This document shows positions 18,264-28,378 of a stretch of 64,000 nt of DNA, piece by piece; within the stretch, counting starts at the first letter, position 1, and every line of letters starts with the position of its first letter. The stretch is from a virus. Lineage: Duplodnaviria > Heunggongvirae > Uroviricota > Caudoviricetes. The notes beneath the pieces were generated by a model. It saw nothing but the letters and a program-made list of their open reading frames with translations. It made no database searches and was not told where the DNA came from. The position numbers were made by a program, and so were the translations under genes. Location of the stretch: IMG/VR virus record IMGVR_UViG_2675903313_000009. The stretch is one strand, 5' to 3'.

Positions 18264-20372
18264 ATGTCTAAAAAACGTTCCATCAAAGAGGTTCAGGACT
18301 TCCGTGACAGTGTAAAACGAGTAGTCGCTCTCCTTTCAGGTAAAAACATCCCTGTTGCAGAACGAGGGGACGACGCTTATGTACGCTATAACGATGATGG
18401 AGAGCCAATTCTCGTAAACATCCCATCAATCCCGGATAACGCAACACCGGCATTGATGAATGCTGTGCGCGGATTTCTCGATCATGAGGTTGCTCACATT
18501 TTGTTTACCGATATTCGTGTGTCCAACAAAATGAGAGAAAAAGGACGCGTTCCTTCCTGGTCGCTATGGAATGCCTTAGAAGACGTGTTCATCGAGCGAA
18601 AAATGGGTCAGGTCTTTAACGGAACAAGACGTAATCTGATGGCAACTCAGCGCCTTATAATCGAAAAAGTCTTTAAACCAAAGGCTTCAGAGGCTATTGC
18701 TTATTGTGGCAAAGATCAGCGCGCGCTTTTTCTAAACTTCTTTCTCTGTCCGGTTGTAAGAGCCTGGGATGGCCAAGCACCGTTCGTAGATTTCATGGAT
18801 GAACATTGGCCTGTCATTGAGAAACCAATTTCATTATTAAAAGAACATGGTATCGATGTGGCCGTGCGTAACATGTCTTGCACCGAGGATTGTGTAAAGG
18901 TGGCTGCGACCATAGCTAAGATCCTCAAAGACACTGAAAGTGAAAGCAAAGGTAAGGAGTCAGCTCCGGGAAAAACTTCCGATCCTTCAGACGCTGACCA
19001 GACGGATGCCTCTGGAGAAAACAATGAAGACAACGAAGATCATGAGACTCCCTCAGTGTTAGATAATTACAAATCTATCAAATCAGAATCACATAGTAAG
19101 TACAAACATGATAATAACGACAGTGATGATTCAGATAATTCTGAATCATCAGAAACAATATTCGATGATACAGAAAATGATAAAGAGGTATCAGATTCTG
19201 ATGCTTCTGATAACGCGGCGTCAGAATCATTAACCGCTGACCACGAAAAAAGAAAAACGACAGAAGACGGCTCTTCAGATATCCCAACTCCGTCAAAAAT
19301 GAGTCTGGAAGAGGCTTTAGAGGAGTTGGATAGCATGGAAGATGAAGTCGGAGGCATGACAGAAGATGCGCTATCCGAAACGATTAAAAGCGAGTTAACA
19401 GAAAGCTCGAAAAGCGAATACAGGCCATACAATCGCTCATACGACTTCATCGGCTCGATTGATCAGGCAGAAGCCCATATCAAACGGCTTATTAAAACAT
19501 TCTCCGATATTGATTTGGGAGGATATCCAATCAGCCGCTATCGCATCGTTCCTGAAGGCAACCAGCTCTTCGACAAATATATTGAAAAGCATCTTTCGTC
19601 AGGTGTTTCGTCGACGCTGGCAAAAGACCTGGAGCGAGCAATAGCAAGCAGAAACAGAGTTCAGTTTATACCGGGCCAGCGTCGGGGGCGCATTCATGGT
19701 TCTAGTATCTACAGATTAGCAATGAATGATGCTCGCGTGTTTCGTAAAAAAGAAGAATCTAAAGCCGTTAACGCCTGTGTTCAACAAGTGATTGATTTAT
19801 CAGGTTCAATGAGTGGTATAACGATTAAACTGGCTCTTGCAAGTGCATATACCATCGCCGATGCCCTTGATCGAATAAATGTTCCCAACATTATCACCGG
19901 CTTCACTACATTTGGTAGTCATATGGCGGCAGGAGAACTTAAGGCTGTCAAGTATGAGTTCTCTCGCTTTGAATCTTTAATGCTACCTATCATCAAAAAT
20001 TGGAATGAAAAGGTAAATTCTCGCGAAGTTCGCTCACGTATGGGGTGCGTAGGCTACACATTCCCACTTCTTAATAACGTGGATGGTGAAAGCATAGCCA
20101 GCCTTGCATCGTTATTTTCCGGTCGCATGGAGGACAGGAAGATCATGCTTGTTCTGAGTGATGGCGCGCCGTGGGCTGTTGGGAGAGGTTTTGACGCTCA
20201 TTTGCGTTCAGTTGCGAAGCAAATTGAAACGCAGACTGATATTGATTTGATGGCAATTGGCATCATGACTGACGCACCGGAGAGATTTTACTCAAATCAT
20301 GCCCTGGTAACGAGCGTTGATAGTCTTGGTTCATCTGTAGTTACTGAACTATCTCGTATCATTTTAAAGTGA
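18264..20372 (+). CDS. von Willebrand factor A domain protein with acidic linker (CobT-like)
   Basis: MIDAS motif IDLSGSMSG in the C-terminal domain; 140-aa D/E/S-rich central stretch. Confidence 0.65.
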   Translation: MSKKRSIKEVQDFRDSVKRVVALLSGKNIPVAERGDDAYVRYNDDGEPILVNIPSIPDNATPALMNAVRGFLDHEVAHILFTDIRVSNKMREKGRVPSWSLWNALEDVFIERKMGQVFNGTRRNLMATQRLIIEKVFKPKASEAIAYCGKDQRALFLNFFLCPVVRAWDGQAPFVDFMDEHWPVIEKPISLLKEHGIDVAVRNMSCTEDCVKVAATIAKILKDTESESKGKESAPGKTSDPSDADQTDASGENNEDNEDHETPSVLDNYKSIKSESHSKYKHDNNDSDDSDNSESSETIFDDTENDKEVSDSDASDNAASESLTADHEKRKTTEDGSSDIPTPSKMSLEEALEELDSMEDEVGGMTEDALSETIKSELTESSKSEYRPYNRSYDFIGSIDQAEAHIKRLIKTFSDIDLGGYPISRYRIVPEGNQLFDKYIEKHLSSGVSSTLAKDLERAIASRNRVQFIPGQRRGRIHGSSIYRLAMNDARVFRKKEESKAVNACVQQVIDLSGSMSGITIKLALASAYTIADALDRINVPNIITGFTTFGSHMAAGELKAVKYEFSRFESLMLPIIKNWNEKVNSREVRSRMGCVGYTFPLLNNVDGESIASLASLFSGRMEDRKIMLVLSDGAPWAVGRGFDAHLRSVAKQIETQTDIDLMAIGIMTDAPERFYSNHALVTSVDSLGSSVVTELSRIILK

Positions 20373-20467
20373 ACAAAACAGCCTTAACGATAAGTAACCA
20401 CTTACGATATATAATGATATATTTATATAAGAAGTTGAACGCTCATTAGAGAACAAAGGAAAAACGC

Positions 20468-21703
20468 ATGACGACTACTGCACTGCAAAATGAAAAAAAT
20501 CCTTCTGATTACCTTGTTTGCAAGTGGTGCGGCAAATCATTTCACTATTTTAAGTCCCATGTAGCCAATGGTAATTGCGAGGGCATTCCTGAGTCAGTAA
20601 AAGATGCCGATCCTGACACCGTACTGAAAATGTACACAACGCAGTTTCCAGATGAACCAACGCTATCGAAAAAGGCACTTGATGCAATTCAAGCTAAACG
20701 TGCCGAGCAAAAAAGCGAAATGGCCAAATCTTCTGGCTTGACCAGTAGCCCTGGCTACACAGGCACAGTTGAGTACAAGACAGATCTGGTCGCAGCTCAC
20801 GAACTGCTAAACGTAACGGTGGAAGAACTCGGAACAAAACGTGGGACGCCGCTCATGGTTAGCGTCAACGTCAATACGCCGTATCCAGAGTTCGTTCCCG
20901 AAGTGAAGAAAGGCTACGTATATGGCGACTTCGAACTGATCAAAGATATTTTCATGATGCTTGAACTTGGCATACCTGGCTATTTGTGGGGTCATGCAGG
21001 AACAGGCAAATCGTCATTGCCTACACAGCTATGTGCTTTGCTCAATCGTCCGTTGATCCGTGCCCAACATACAGCATCAATGGAAGAGGCACATGTTACG
21101 GGGCAAATTCTGGCGCGTGATGGCTCTACGTATTTCGAACCTGGCTTGCTTGCGCTCGCAATGAAGCATGGCTGGGTTTACCTCGCGGATGAATACGACT
21201 TTGCGTTTCCACAAATTCTTGGCGTGTATCAGCCAGTGCTGGAAGGTGAAGCGTTGGTCATCAAAGAGGCAACTCCAGAATGGCGTCGCATTACTCCGCA
21301 TGAACGGTTTGCTTTCATTGGCACTGGCAACACGAACGGATCTGGTGATGAAACCGGCTTGTACCAGGGTACAAACATCCAGAACGCCGCGAACTTTTCG
21401 CGTTTTGGCATCGTTTCGAATGTGAAATACATGAGCAAAGACGCAGAGATCAACATGTTGACAAATGCAGGCATCGTGGATGAATACGCTGAAAAGATGG
21501 TTAAGTTTGCCGGTATCGTTCGCGATGGATACGAAGAACACCTCATTAGTCAGCCAATTGGCCCTCGTGAACTTTTGTTGTCGGCCAAGATTGGAATGAT
21601 GCGAGGCGACTTTGTGACAGGTATTGAGCGTTCTTTCATTAACAAACTCCCTTCAGCTTCTGCACAAGCGGCTCGTGAAGTTGTTCAAAAAATATTTGGT
21701 TAA
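20468..21703 (+). CDS. AAA+ ATPase (CobS/MoxR-like)
   Basis: Walker A GHAGTGKSS, Walker B VYLADEYDFA; N-terminal CxxC...C cysteine cluster. Confidence 0.65.
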   Translation: MTTTALQNEKNPSDYLVCKWCGKSFHYFKSHVANGNCEGIPESVKDADPDTVLKMYTTQFPDEPTLSKKALDAIQAKRAEQKSEMAKSSGLTSSPGYTGTVEYKTDLVAAHELLNVTVEELGTKRGTPLMVSVNVNTPYPEFVPEVKKGYVYGDFELIKDIFMMLELGIPGYLWGHAGTGKSSLPTQLCALLNRPLIRAQHTASMEEAHVTGQILARDGSTYFEPGLLALAMKHGWVYLADEYDFAFPQILGVYQPVLEGEALVIKEATPEWRRITPHERFAFIGTGNTNGSGDETGLYQGTNIQNAANFSRFGIVSNVKYMSKDAEINMLTNAGIVDEYAEKMVKFAGIVRDGYEEHLISQPIGPRELLLSAKIGMMRGDFVTGIERSFINKLPSASAQAAREVVQKIFG

Positions 21704-21705
21704 TC

Positions 21706-21909
21706 GTGCGTAAAGGATGTTTCGGCTCTCTTATCGCTGCTTCTGAAACTGGTAAGGCTTGTCTGGTGTGTCCAGACAAGCCCGATTGTCACCAATCAGC
21801 AAAAGAAGTTGCGATTTCGATGCATGGGAAGTTCGTAGGCTTCCCCAATGACAAAATCAAAAAAACCAGAAAGGTAAAAACACATGAAGGCACTGATGGT
21901 TCGAACTGA
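21706..21909 (+). CDS. small Cys-rich hypothetical protein (uncertain)
   Basis: 67 aa, GTG start, overlaps the polymerase start region. Confidence 0.3.
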   Translation: MRKGCFGSLIAASETGKACLVCPDKPDCHQSAKEVAISMHGKFVGFPNDKIKKTRKVKTHEGTDGSN

Positions 21910-24900
21910 CTTCTCACTTGGGGAGTCGGCTCTAAAAGCAGAAAACGCGGTGAAGATTGCCAGAGAAGCTGGCTACACCGCTGTAATTTCAGCAGATAGC
22001 ATGAATATTGCGAGCGTTATTCCACTACAACGTGCCGCTGGTGACGACATGGCGGTTATTTGTGGTGTGAAACTAAACATTGTTGATGATCCCACATACG
22101 AGCACCGGGCTAAACTTGCTAAAGAATCTATGAGATGTATGGAATCATTAGAGCGGGGACGTAACTACTCGTTTACCGCTCTAATTAAAAATGAGCAAGG
22201 ATATCGCGACATCTGCGAACTAATGACGGTGGCCAACACACGAGAACAGTTCTACTTTGTACCGCGTCTCTCGCTCGAAAAGTTGGTTTCTACATATGCC
22301 AAAGGCAACATCATCCTGCTCACTTCCGACATCGGTAGCGTGTTCCAACGCAACGATTTTGCAAAAATCATAAGCTCACTGATTACAGCGGGCGGGAAAG
22401 ACAACTTCTATAGTGTGGTTTATCCGCACCCTACCCCATTCTACGACCAGATTAACGTCCGAGCGATGAAAGTCGCCAGCGCACTGAAAATAGAGCCAGT
22501 AGCGTTCTATCCCGCTTATTACGAATCGATCGACGATGCAGACATTAAAGACATTGCGCACATGGTTACGAACAACATAAAAATCGACCAGCCGCATCGT
22601 CTGCGTATCCCCCACCAGCGAGATAACGCCATCAATGGTCGTCGCCATCTCCTTGAGGCGCTTAAAGCCTTCTCCGTTCGCATGGATGTGCCGGTAACAG
22701 CTGCAATGGCCTCAACAACGCAGGACTCCATTATCGATGCCTGCACATGGCGCTGGCATGAATTGCCACCAGCACTGCCCAAGATGGCAGACGACGAACC
22801 TGCAACGCTGATGAAACTGGCTGTTGCAGGGCTGCGTAAACGTCTTACCACAAAAGAGTTTGGATACACACCACCTGCTTCTGAGAACAGGGTTTATGTT
22901 GAGCGGCTAAAGTACGAAATGGACACGCTGACTCGCCTGGGATTCTGTGGTTACTTCCTGATGGTACGCGATCTGATGAATCACAGCCGTGAAACTGGCA
23001 TTCCTGTCGGGCCTGGTCGTGGTTCCTCTGCCGGTTCTCTGGTGGCGTGGTGCATAGGCATAACCAACGTCGACCCAATCCGTCACGGTCTTCTGTTTGA
23101 GCGTTTCATCAACCCTGAGCGTCTCGACTTGCCGGATGCGGACTTGGACTTCAGCCAGGCACGTCGCCATGAGGTGATCGAGTATCTGAATGAACGCTAC
23201 GGCGAAGATTACGTTGCAGGCATTCCGAACTTCACCTACCTGGGCGCAGCCTCTGCACTACGTGACACCGCTCGTATTTATGGTGTGGAGTCCGCAGATA
23301 TGGCGGTATCAAAAGAACTGAAGAACGTCGAGGATGATAGCCTTCCATTGGAAGAGCTGCGCGAACAACTGGCAAGTCTCGACAAATACGCAACAAAATA
23401 TCCTGATGCATTCAATGCAGCCTGCAAGTTACAAAGCCTTATGCGTGGCTTTGGTAGACATGCGGCAGGGATGATCGTAGCAGGTGTTCCTCTAACAGAA
23501 CGTACACCGGTTGAGCGCCGTGGTGACGCGCGTTGTATCGCATTTGACAAGCGTTACTGCGAGGCTATGGGCCTAATTAAGCTGGACGTACTTGGTCTGG
23601 CAACTCTCGATTTGCTCGATAGTGCAAAACGCTACATAAAAGAGAACACAGGTGAAGATATCAATCTTGATGCCATTTCTCTTGAAGATCGCAAGGTGCT
23701 GGATGGTTTTGCTGCTGGGTACACTCAAGGTGTTTTCCAGCTTGAATCAGGCCCAATGCGCAAGCTGCTTAAAGATTTAGGTGGTGGAATTGAGCCAATG
23801 AGCTTTAAAACGGTTGTTGCTACGACTGCGCTCTTCCGGCCGGGGCCAATTCAGTCAGGCATGTTGGATGACTATGTTTCTGTAGCCAAAGGCTTTATGA
23901 CGCCGGAATCATTACACCCCGTTCTTGATGAACTTACCGCAGAAACAAATGGCGTGATTCTCTATCAGGAACAGACGATGAACGCGACTCGATTGCTTGC
24001 TGGCTTCACAATGGCTGAAGCTGACGGCGTTCGTAAAGCGATCGGTAAAAAAGACATGGAAAAAATGAAGAGCATGGGCGAGAAGTTCATCGTTCAGGCT
24101 CAAGCTGGCTGGATAGACGTTGAGCTGGAAGATGGCACTACACAGCGCATTCACCGTGCGGAACATTTTAAATGCGAAGACGGAACTCTGAAAACTGTCG
24201 AAGAGGCACTTGAGTACGGCGCAAAACTACCTATAAACGCAGTACGCGTTACAGCGTCACATCCAGGGCTATCAGAGATGAAAGCGAAGGAGATCTGGAC
24301 CGCATTCGAAAAGAATGGTGCCTACCAGTTCAACAAATCACACTCTGTTGCTTACTCCTTAATCAGTTATCAATCTATGTGGTTGAAAACTCATTATCCC
24401 GCGGAGTTCTTCGCTGCTGCTCTCACTATTCTTGGCGAAGATAAACACCAGGGGCTGGTTAAAGATGCGCTGACCTATGGTATTCGCGTATTGCCACCAG
24501 ACGTTAACGTGTCATCTAACCGAATCGAGATCCGCACGCTTGAAGATGGCAGCCAGGTGCTGTATGCGCCCTTCTCTGCTGTGAAAGGGTGTTCTGAGAA
24601 TGGCTGCCAAGCCATCATGAGAGCGCGAGAAAAAGTTGGCGGCAAATTCGAGTCACTGGCGCAATTCGAAGAAGCTGTCGAGAAACGTGCCTGTAATAGT
24701 CGAGTGCGCGAATCGCTGCAAAAAGTAGGGGCGTTTGCATCCATCGAGCCAGGCAGTCTGCCAGCAACTGATCCAGAGCGCCTACGCGACCAGGCTGAAT
24801 TGATGGGAAACCTTGTCATAGACGCAGTTAAAGCCTCACGTCCGTTTGAGATGAACCCCAAACGTTCGGCTGAAATTAACGTACTCATGACGCGGATGGC

Positions 24901-25402
24901 GGCTGAAATGGGCTTAGGTGATGAACTAATCCGCCCCAGCATTGGTATTAAGCCGAAAATCATGATCATTCTGGACAATGCGAACGGCAATGATGCTCGA
25001 ACCGGTTACTTTATGGAGAACGGATACGACGACTTTAAGGCCAAGCTATTGACGGCTGGAGATTTACGCATGGGCGATCTCTATGTCACAGGTGTTTGCA
25101 AGAAGGTTAAAGACAAAGAAAAAGACTACACCAAAGACGAGATCGGCCAGTTCACCGACTTTATGCGTGAAGAGATCAATCTGGTGCGTCCGACCTATGT
25201 GCTGACGTGTGGCAGCCGGGCAACTTCATTGTTTAACAACAAAAACAAGCCATCCGATTTGGTCGGCAGGAAGGAGTATCTTCCAGACCTTGACGTTACT
25301 GTCTTTTACGGGTTTAACCCCAACATTCTTTACTTCAGACCTGAAGAGGGAGAACGACTAGAAGCGATATTAGCCGACGTAGCAGAAACCATTAAGACGT
25401 GA
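21884..25402 (+). CDS. dnaE: DnaE-type (DNA polymerase III alpha-like) replicative polymerase
   Basis: 1172 aa; segments GIPVGPGRGSSAGSLVAW, LLFERFINPERLDLPD and FNKSHSVAYSLISYQSMWLKTHYPAEF closely parallel E. coli DnaE. Confidence 0.9.
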   Translation: MKALMVRTDFSLGESALKAENAVKIAREAGYTAVISADSMNIASVIPLQRAAGDDMAVICGVKLNIVDDPTYEHRAKLAKESMRCMESLERGRNYSFTALIKNEQGYRDICELMTVANTREQFYFVPRLSLEKLVSTYAKGNIILLTSDIGSVFQRNDFAKIISSLITAGGKDNFYSVVYPHPTPFYDQINVRAMKVASALKIEPVAFYPAYYESIDDADIKDIAHMVTNNIKIDQPHRLRIPHQRDNAINGRRHLLEALKAFSVRMDVPVTAAMASTTQDSIIDACTWRWHELPPALPKMADDEPATLMKLAVAGLRKRLTTKEFGYTPPASENRVYVERLKYEMDTLTRLGFCGYFLMVRDLMNHSRETGIPVGPGRGSSAGSLVAWCIGITNVDPIRHGLLFERFINPERLDLPDADLDFSQARRHEVIEYLNERYGEDYVAGIPNFTYLGAASALRDTARIYGVESADMAVSKELKNVEDDSLPLEELREQLASLDKYATKYPDAFNAACKLQSLMRGFGRHAAGMIVAGVPLTERTPVERRGDARCIAFDKRYCEAMGLIKLDVLGLATLDLLDSAKRYIKENTGEDINLDAISLEDRKVLDGFAAGYTQGVFQLESGPMRKLLKDLGGGIEPMSFKTVVATTALFRPGPIQSGMLDDYVSVAKGFMTPESLHPVLDELTAETNGVILYQEQTMNATRLLAGFTMAEADGVRKAIGKKDMEKMKSMGEKFIVQAQAGWIDVELEDGTTQRIHRAEHFKCEDGTLKTVEEALEYGAKLPINAVRVTASHPGLSEMKAKEIWTAFEKNGAYQFNKSHSVAYSLISYQSMWLKTHYPAEFFAAALTILGEDKHQGLVKDALTYGIRVLPPDVNVSSNRIEIRTLEDGSQVLYAPFSAVKGCSENGCQAIMRAREKVGGKFESLAQFEEAVEKRACNSRVRESLQKVGAFASIEPGSLPATDPERLRDQAELMGNLVIDAVKASRPFEMNPKRSAEINVLMTRMAAEMGLGDELIRPSIGIKPKIMIILDNANGNDARTGYFMENGYDDFKAKLLTAGDLRMGDLYVTGVCKKVKDKEKDYTKDEIGQFTDFMREEINLVRPTYVLTCGSRATSLFNNKNKPSDLVGRKEYLPDLDVTVFYGFNPNILYFRPEEGERLEAILADVAETIKT

Positions 25403-25409
25403 TCCCATA

Positions 25410-25439
25410 AACATGGCCTCTATGGCCATGTTTTCTCTT
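25410..25439 (+). terminator. rho-independent terminator
   Basis: stem aacatggcc/ggccatgtt followed by ttttctctt. Confidence 0.7.
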
Positions 25440-25527
25440 ATCCCCTCATATCCCCTATCCTCGAACTCCTTGCCTTATCATCACAATGATATAATCAATA
25501 TAAGATGATAAGTAAAAAGGAAAGCAC

Positions 25528-25959
25528 ATGATCACCGATATTTACGAGAAAATAATGTCTGATCTCGAGTTTGACCGAGACAATCTGGAGGAAGTCTGGC
25601 GTAGACAACCCCGCCTTTTAATGGAGTATGGCTCAAAACTCGCTCATGCAGAAAGAAGTGTCGCAGAGGCAAAACTTAACCTTGAAGCTGTTGAAGCAAA
25701 GCTATACGACACAGAGCGTAAGAACTTGAGTATGAACGGCATTAAGTTCAACGAATCTGTACTGGACGCTAAGGTTAAAACAAACCCACAGTATCTGTCT
25801 AAACGGCAGAAGTTGGATGAAGCACGGCACATCGCAGACATATACAAACATGCTGTCGCCGCCTTTTCGCATCGCCGAGACATGATCGTTCAGGCGTCAA
25901 AGATGGCCATCGTTGAATTAGAGCGATTAGGCTCTGAACGCTTTATTACTCCCCGTTGA
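25528..25959 (+). CDS. hypothetical coiled-coil protein
   Basis: 143 aa; conserved start context aaaaaggaaagcacATG. Confidence 0.5.
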   Translation: MITDIYEKIMSDLEFDRDNLEEVWRRQPRLLMEYGSKLAHAERSVAEAKLNLEAVEAKLYDTERKNLSMNGIKFNESVLDAKVKTNPQYLSKRQKLDEARHIADIYKHAVAAFSHRRDMIVQASKMAIVELERLGSERFITPR

Positions 25960-26076
25960 TTTTTGATAGATAATAAGTATGTACTGATCTATTATTTAAC
26001 AGCTCGAAAGAGCCACGAATGAACGAAAGCCCAACGCGCATAGCGCCATCGGCCAAATCACAACAAGGAGAAACAC

Positions 26077-27105
26077 ATGTCTAAGACATTACTTGATTTG
26101 CTTAACAAAACTCGTGAAGACATTGCCGCCAAACGTGGTAACAACGTTGATCTGACTCGCTTAAAAGACGGCGTCAACTATATCCGCATCTTCCCGAATA
26201 AAGACGACCCAAACGGTAAGTTCTTCCAGACTTTCGGTATGCACTACGTTAAGTATCAGAACGAGGAAGGTAAAGAAGCAACCAACGCTTATATTTGTGA
26301 GCAACATACTCACGGTCGCGCTTGTCAGCTATGCGAAATGGTGATGGAAGGTCGCGCTCGTCACAAGGGTAACAAAGCAATGGAAGAACGCATCGGTCAA
26401 ATGCGTGCCACTCCTCGCTACCTGGTCAACGGCATTCTTTCTGCTCGTGAGGATTTCGCAGATGCTGAGAAATGCCAGTTAATCGAGCTGCCGTCTACTG
26501 TATTCGATGATATCTGCAAAGCAATCACCGAAGACATCGCTGATGATATCGGCAATCCACTGAGCAAAGAGGAAGGCTACGCATTCCTGATTAAACGTAC
26601 TGGCTCTGGTCGCGATACCAAATATGACGTCTCGCCTAAGCGTAAAGTCTACAAAGGCGATATCGAAGATAAATTCTGGAACACCCAGCATGATCTGATC
26701 GCATACGCAAATCAGGCTGATGAAACTCGTCTTCTGTCGACAGTTCGCACTATGGGTCGTCTGATTGGCATCGCTGCACCAACTGCCGCAGCATCTGCAC
26801 CAGCAATTTCCTCAACCGCGAAAACATCGGCTGCGGCACTACCTGGATTTGGCTCTGTCACTGGTCATACAGAAGGAGCGACTGCTGTAGCAACCGCTCA
26901 CACCCCAGCTTCTGAACCAACCAGTCTGGTTGATGAAGAAATCCTCCGTGCCGTTGAAACTGAATTTAAACCAGAGGCAAGTTCCGCTGCCGTTGCCGTA
27001 TCAGTCAAAGAGTCTGAAGCAGTCGCAGCGACATCTGTAGCAACCGCATCTGCGACGGAAGATGAAGGTCTGGATGACCTACTGAGAGAGCTGGACTCTC
27101 TGTAA
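26077..27105 (+). CDS. putative single-stranded DNA-binding protein
   Basis: Cys/His cluster CEQHTHGRACQLC, Ala/Thr-rich linker and acidic C-terminal tail EDEGLDDLLRELDSL; sits between polymerase and nuclease genes. Confidence 0.4.
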   Translation: MSKTLLDLLNKTREDIAAKRGNNVDLTRLKDGVNYIRIFPNKDDPNGKFFQTFGMHYVKYQNEEGKEATNAYICEQHTHGRACQLCEMVMEGRARHKGNKAMEERIGQMRATPRYLVNGILSAREDFADAEKCQLIELPSTVFDDICKAITEDIADDIGNPLSKEEGYAFLIKRTGSGRDTKYDVSPKRKVYKGDIEDKFWNTQHDLIAYANQADETRLLSTVRTMGRLIGIAAPTAAASAPAISSTAKTSAAALPGFGSVTGHTEGATAVATAHTPASEPTSLVDEEILRAVETEFKPEASSAAVAVSVKESEAVAATSVATASATEDEGLDDLLRELDSL

Positions 27106-27121
27106 TCCCATTACGTGACCA

Positions 27122-27150
27122 GTAAGGCGTCTACGGACGCCTTACTTTTT
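27122..27150 (+). terminator. rho-independent terminator
   Basis: stem gtaaggcgtc/gacgccttac followed by T5. Confidence 0.7.
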
Positions 27151-27165
27151 GGAAGGAATGTACCG

Positions 27166-28110
27166 GTGAATTATCTCTTCGTAGATGGCAATAGCCTGGG
27201 TTATTACCACCAACAATCTGACAAATTGCACAACGGCGAAATGGAAGTACAGGCTGCTTTCGGCTTTGTTAAGAACGTCCGTCGTTATGCCTCCATCCTC
27301 CATGCCCGACCTATGATTCTTTGGGATGGATTTAGTGACAAGCGTCGCGACTTTTACCCGGACTACAAAGCAAATCGCGACGACGATCCTGATATGAAAA
27401 AGATGAAGGAAGGCTTTGCTATCCAGAAGCCATACATCCTCAAAATGATGACCGCGCTTGGAGTTACCCAACTCATTGCAAAAGATGCAGAAGCGGATGA
27501 TCTGGCCGGGCTGCTGGTAGCCAGCATTGCACCGCAGCCAATCGTTGAACACATCTATCTGTTAACAGGCGATAGCGACTGGCTTCAGTTAGTTCGCGAA
27601 AACGTAAGCTGGGTAAGCCTGCGCGAAGACGCCAAAAACAAGCAGGTTAATTTTGAGCAATTTGCGGAGCTGACAGGATTCGCTACTCCTCGCGCATTTT
27701 TGGAAGCAAAAGCATTACAAGGCGATAAATCGGACAACATTAGCGGTGTTGGTGGCATTGGTGCTGGCGGTGCGAAAGAGCTGCTGCATGAATGGGGAAG
27801 TGTCGCAACGATGGTACGCGGCATCAACGACGGCTCAATCGTGGTTGACAAAGGACGCCATAAGACCGCCTTCAACAAACTAGCGAAGAATGCCTTCAAC
27901 GAGAAAACAGGCTGTCGAATGCTCGAAGCGTTCAAGAGAAACATCACGCTAATGAACCTGATTGAGACGAAGTTTCCGCCTACCGAAATCGAAACAATCA
28001 AAGGCAATCGTGACGTGAAAGCATTCGAGCAACTGTGCTACGAGCTGAATTTCCGTTCGTTCCTTGAAGACCTTGAAGTGTTTGTTCTTCCATTCGAAAG
28101 GTATTGCTAA
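27166..28110 (+). CDS. 5'-3' exonuclease / flap endonuclease
   Basis: N-terminal YLFVDGNSL motif and helix-hairpin-helix GDKSDNISGVGGIGAGGAKELL; GTG start after the terminator. Confidence 0.8.
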   Translation: MNYLFVDGNSLGYYHQQSDKLHNGEMEVQAAFGFVKNVRRYASILHARPMILWDGFSDKRRDFYPDYKANRDDDPDMKKMKEGFAIQKPYILKMMTALGVTQLIAKDAEADDLAGLLVASIAPQPIVEHIYLLTGDSDWLQLVRENVSWVSLREDAKNKQVNFEQFAELTGFATPRAFLEAKALQGDKSDNISGVGGIGAGGAKELLHEWGSVATMVRGINDGSIVVDKGRHKTAFNKLAKNAFNEKTGCRMLEAFKRNITLMNLIETKFPPTEIETIKGNRDVKAFEQLCYELNFRSFLEDLEVFVLPFERYC

Positions 28111-28376
28111 TGCTTAAATCGATTATCAATGGCGCTACAACCACCCCTGCCCAACTGGCAAAAGAGATTGTCTTTTATCACGGTGAGTACGCTGTCATCG
28201 CACTGCCGTCAATTCTAGGCGCTGCCGGAATGAAAGCGACAGATCGCGAGTTTGGATTAGTCAGCGAGCAGGTCGTAAAAATCCTCGCTCGTGTATCCAG
28301 ACTCCTTAACCACGATGCGATTGTATTCGATGAATCCGCCGCTTTAAAACGAATCAACGAAACAAAAGGAGCCTGA
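28104..28376 (+). CDS. hypothetical small protein
   Basis: 90 aa ORF with overlapping start/stop in the operon. Confidence 0.4.
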   Translation: MLMLKSIINGATTTPAQLAKEIVFYHGEYAVIALPSILGAAGMKATDREFGLVSEQVVKILARVSRLLNHDAIVFDESAALKRINETKGA

Positions 28377-28378
28377 TC

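Noticed and set aside
21077-24990. Several minus-strand ORFs of 80-170 codons (21077-21541, 22519-22869, 24475-24990 and others) listed in the six-frame track
   Set aside because: All lie antisense inside well-supported plus-strand genes (AAA+ ATPase, DnaE); typical shadow ORFs.
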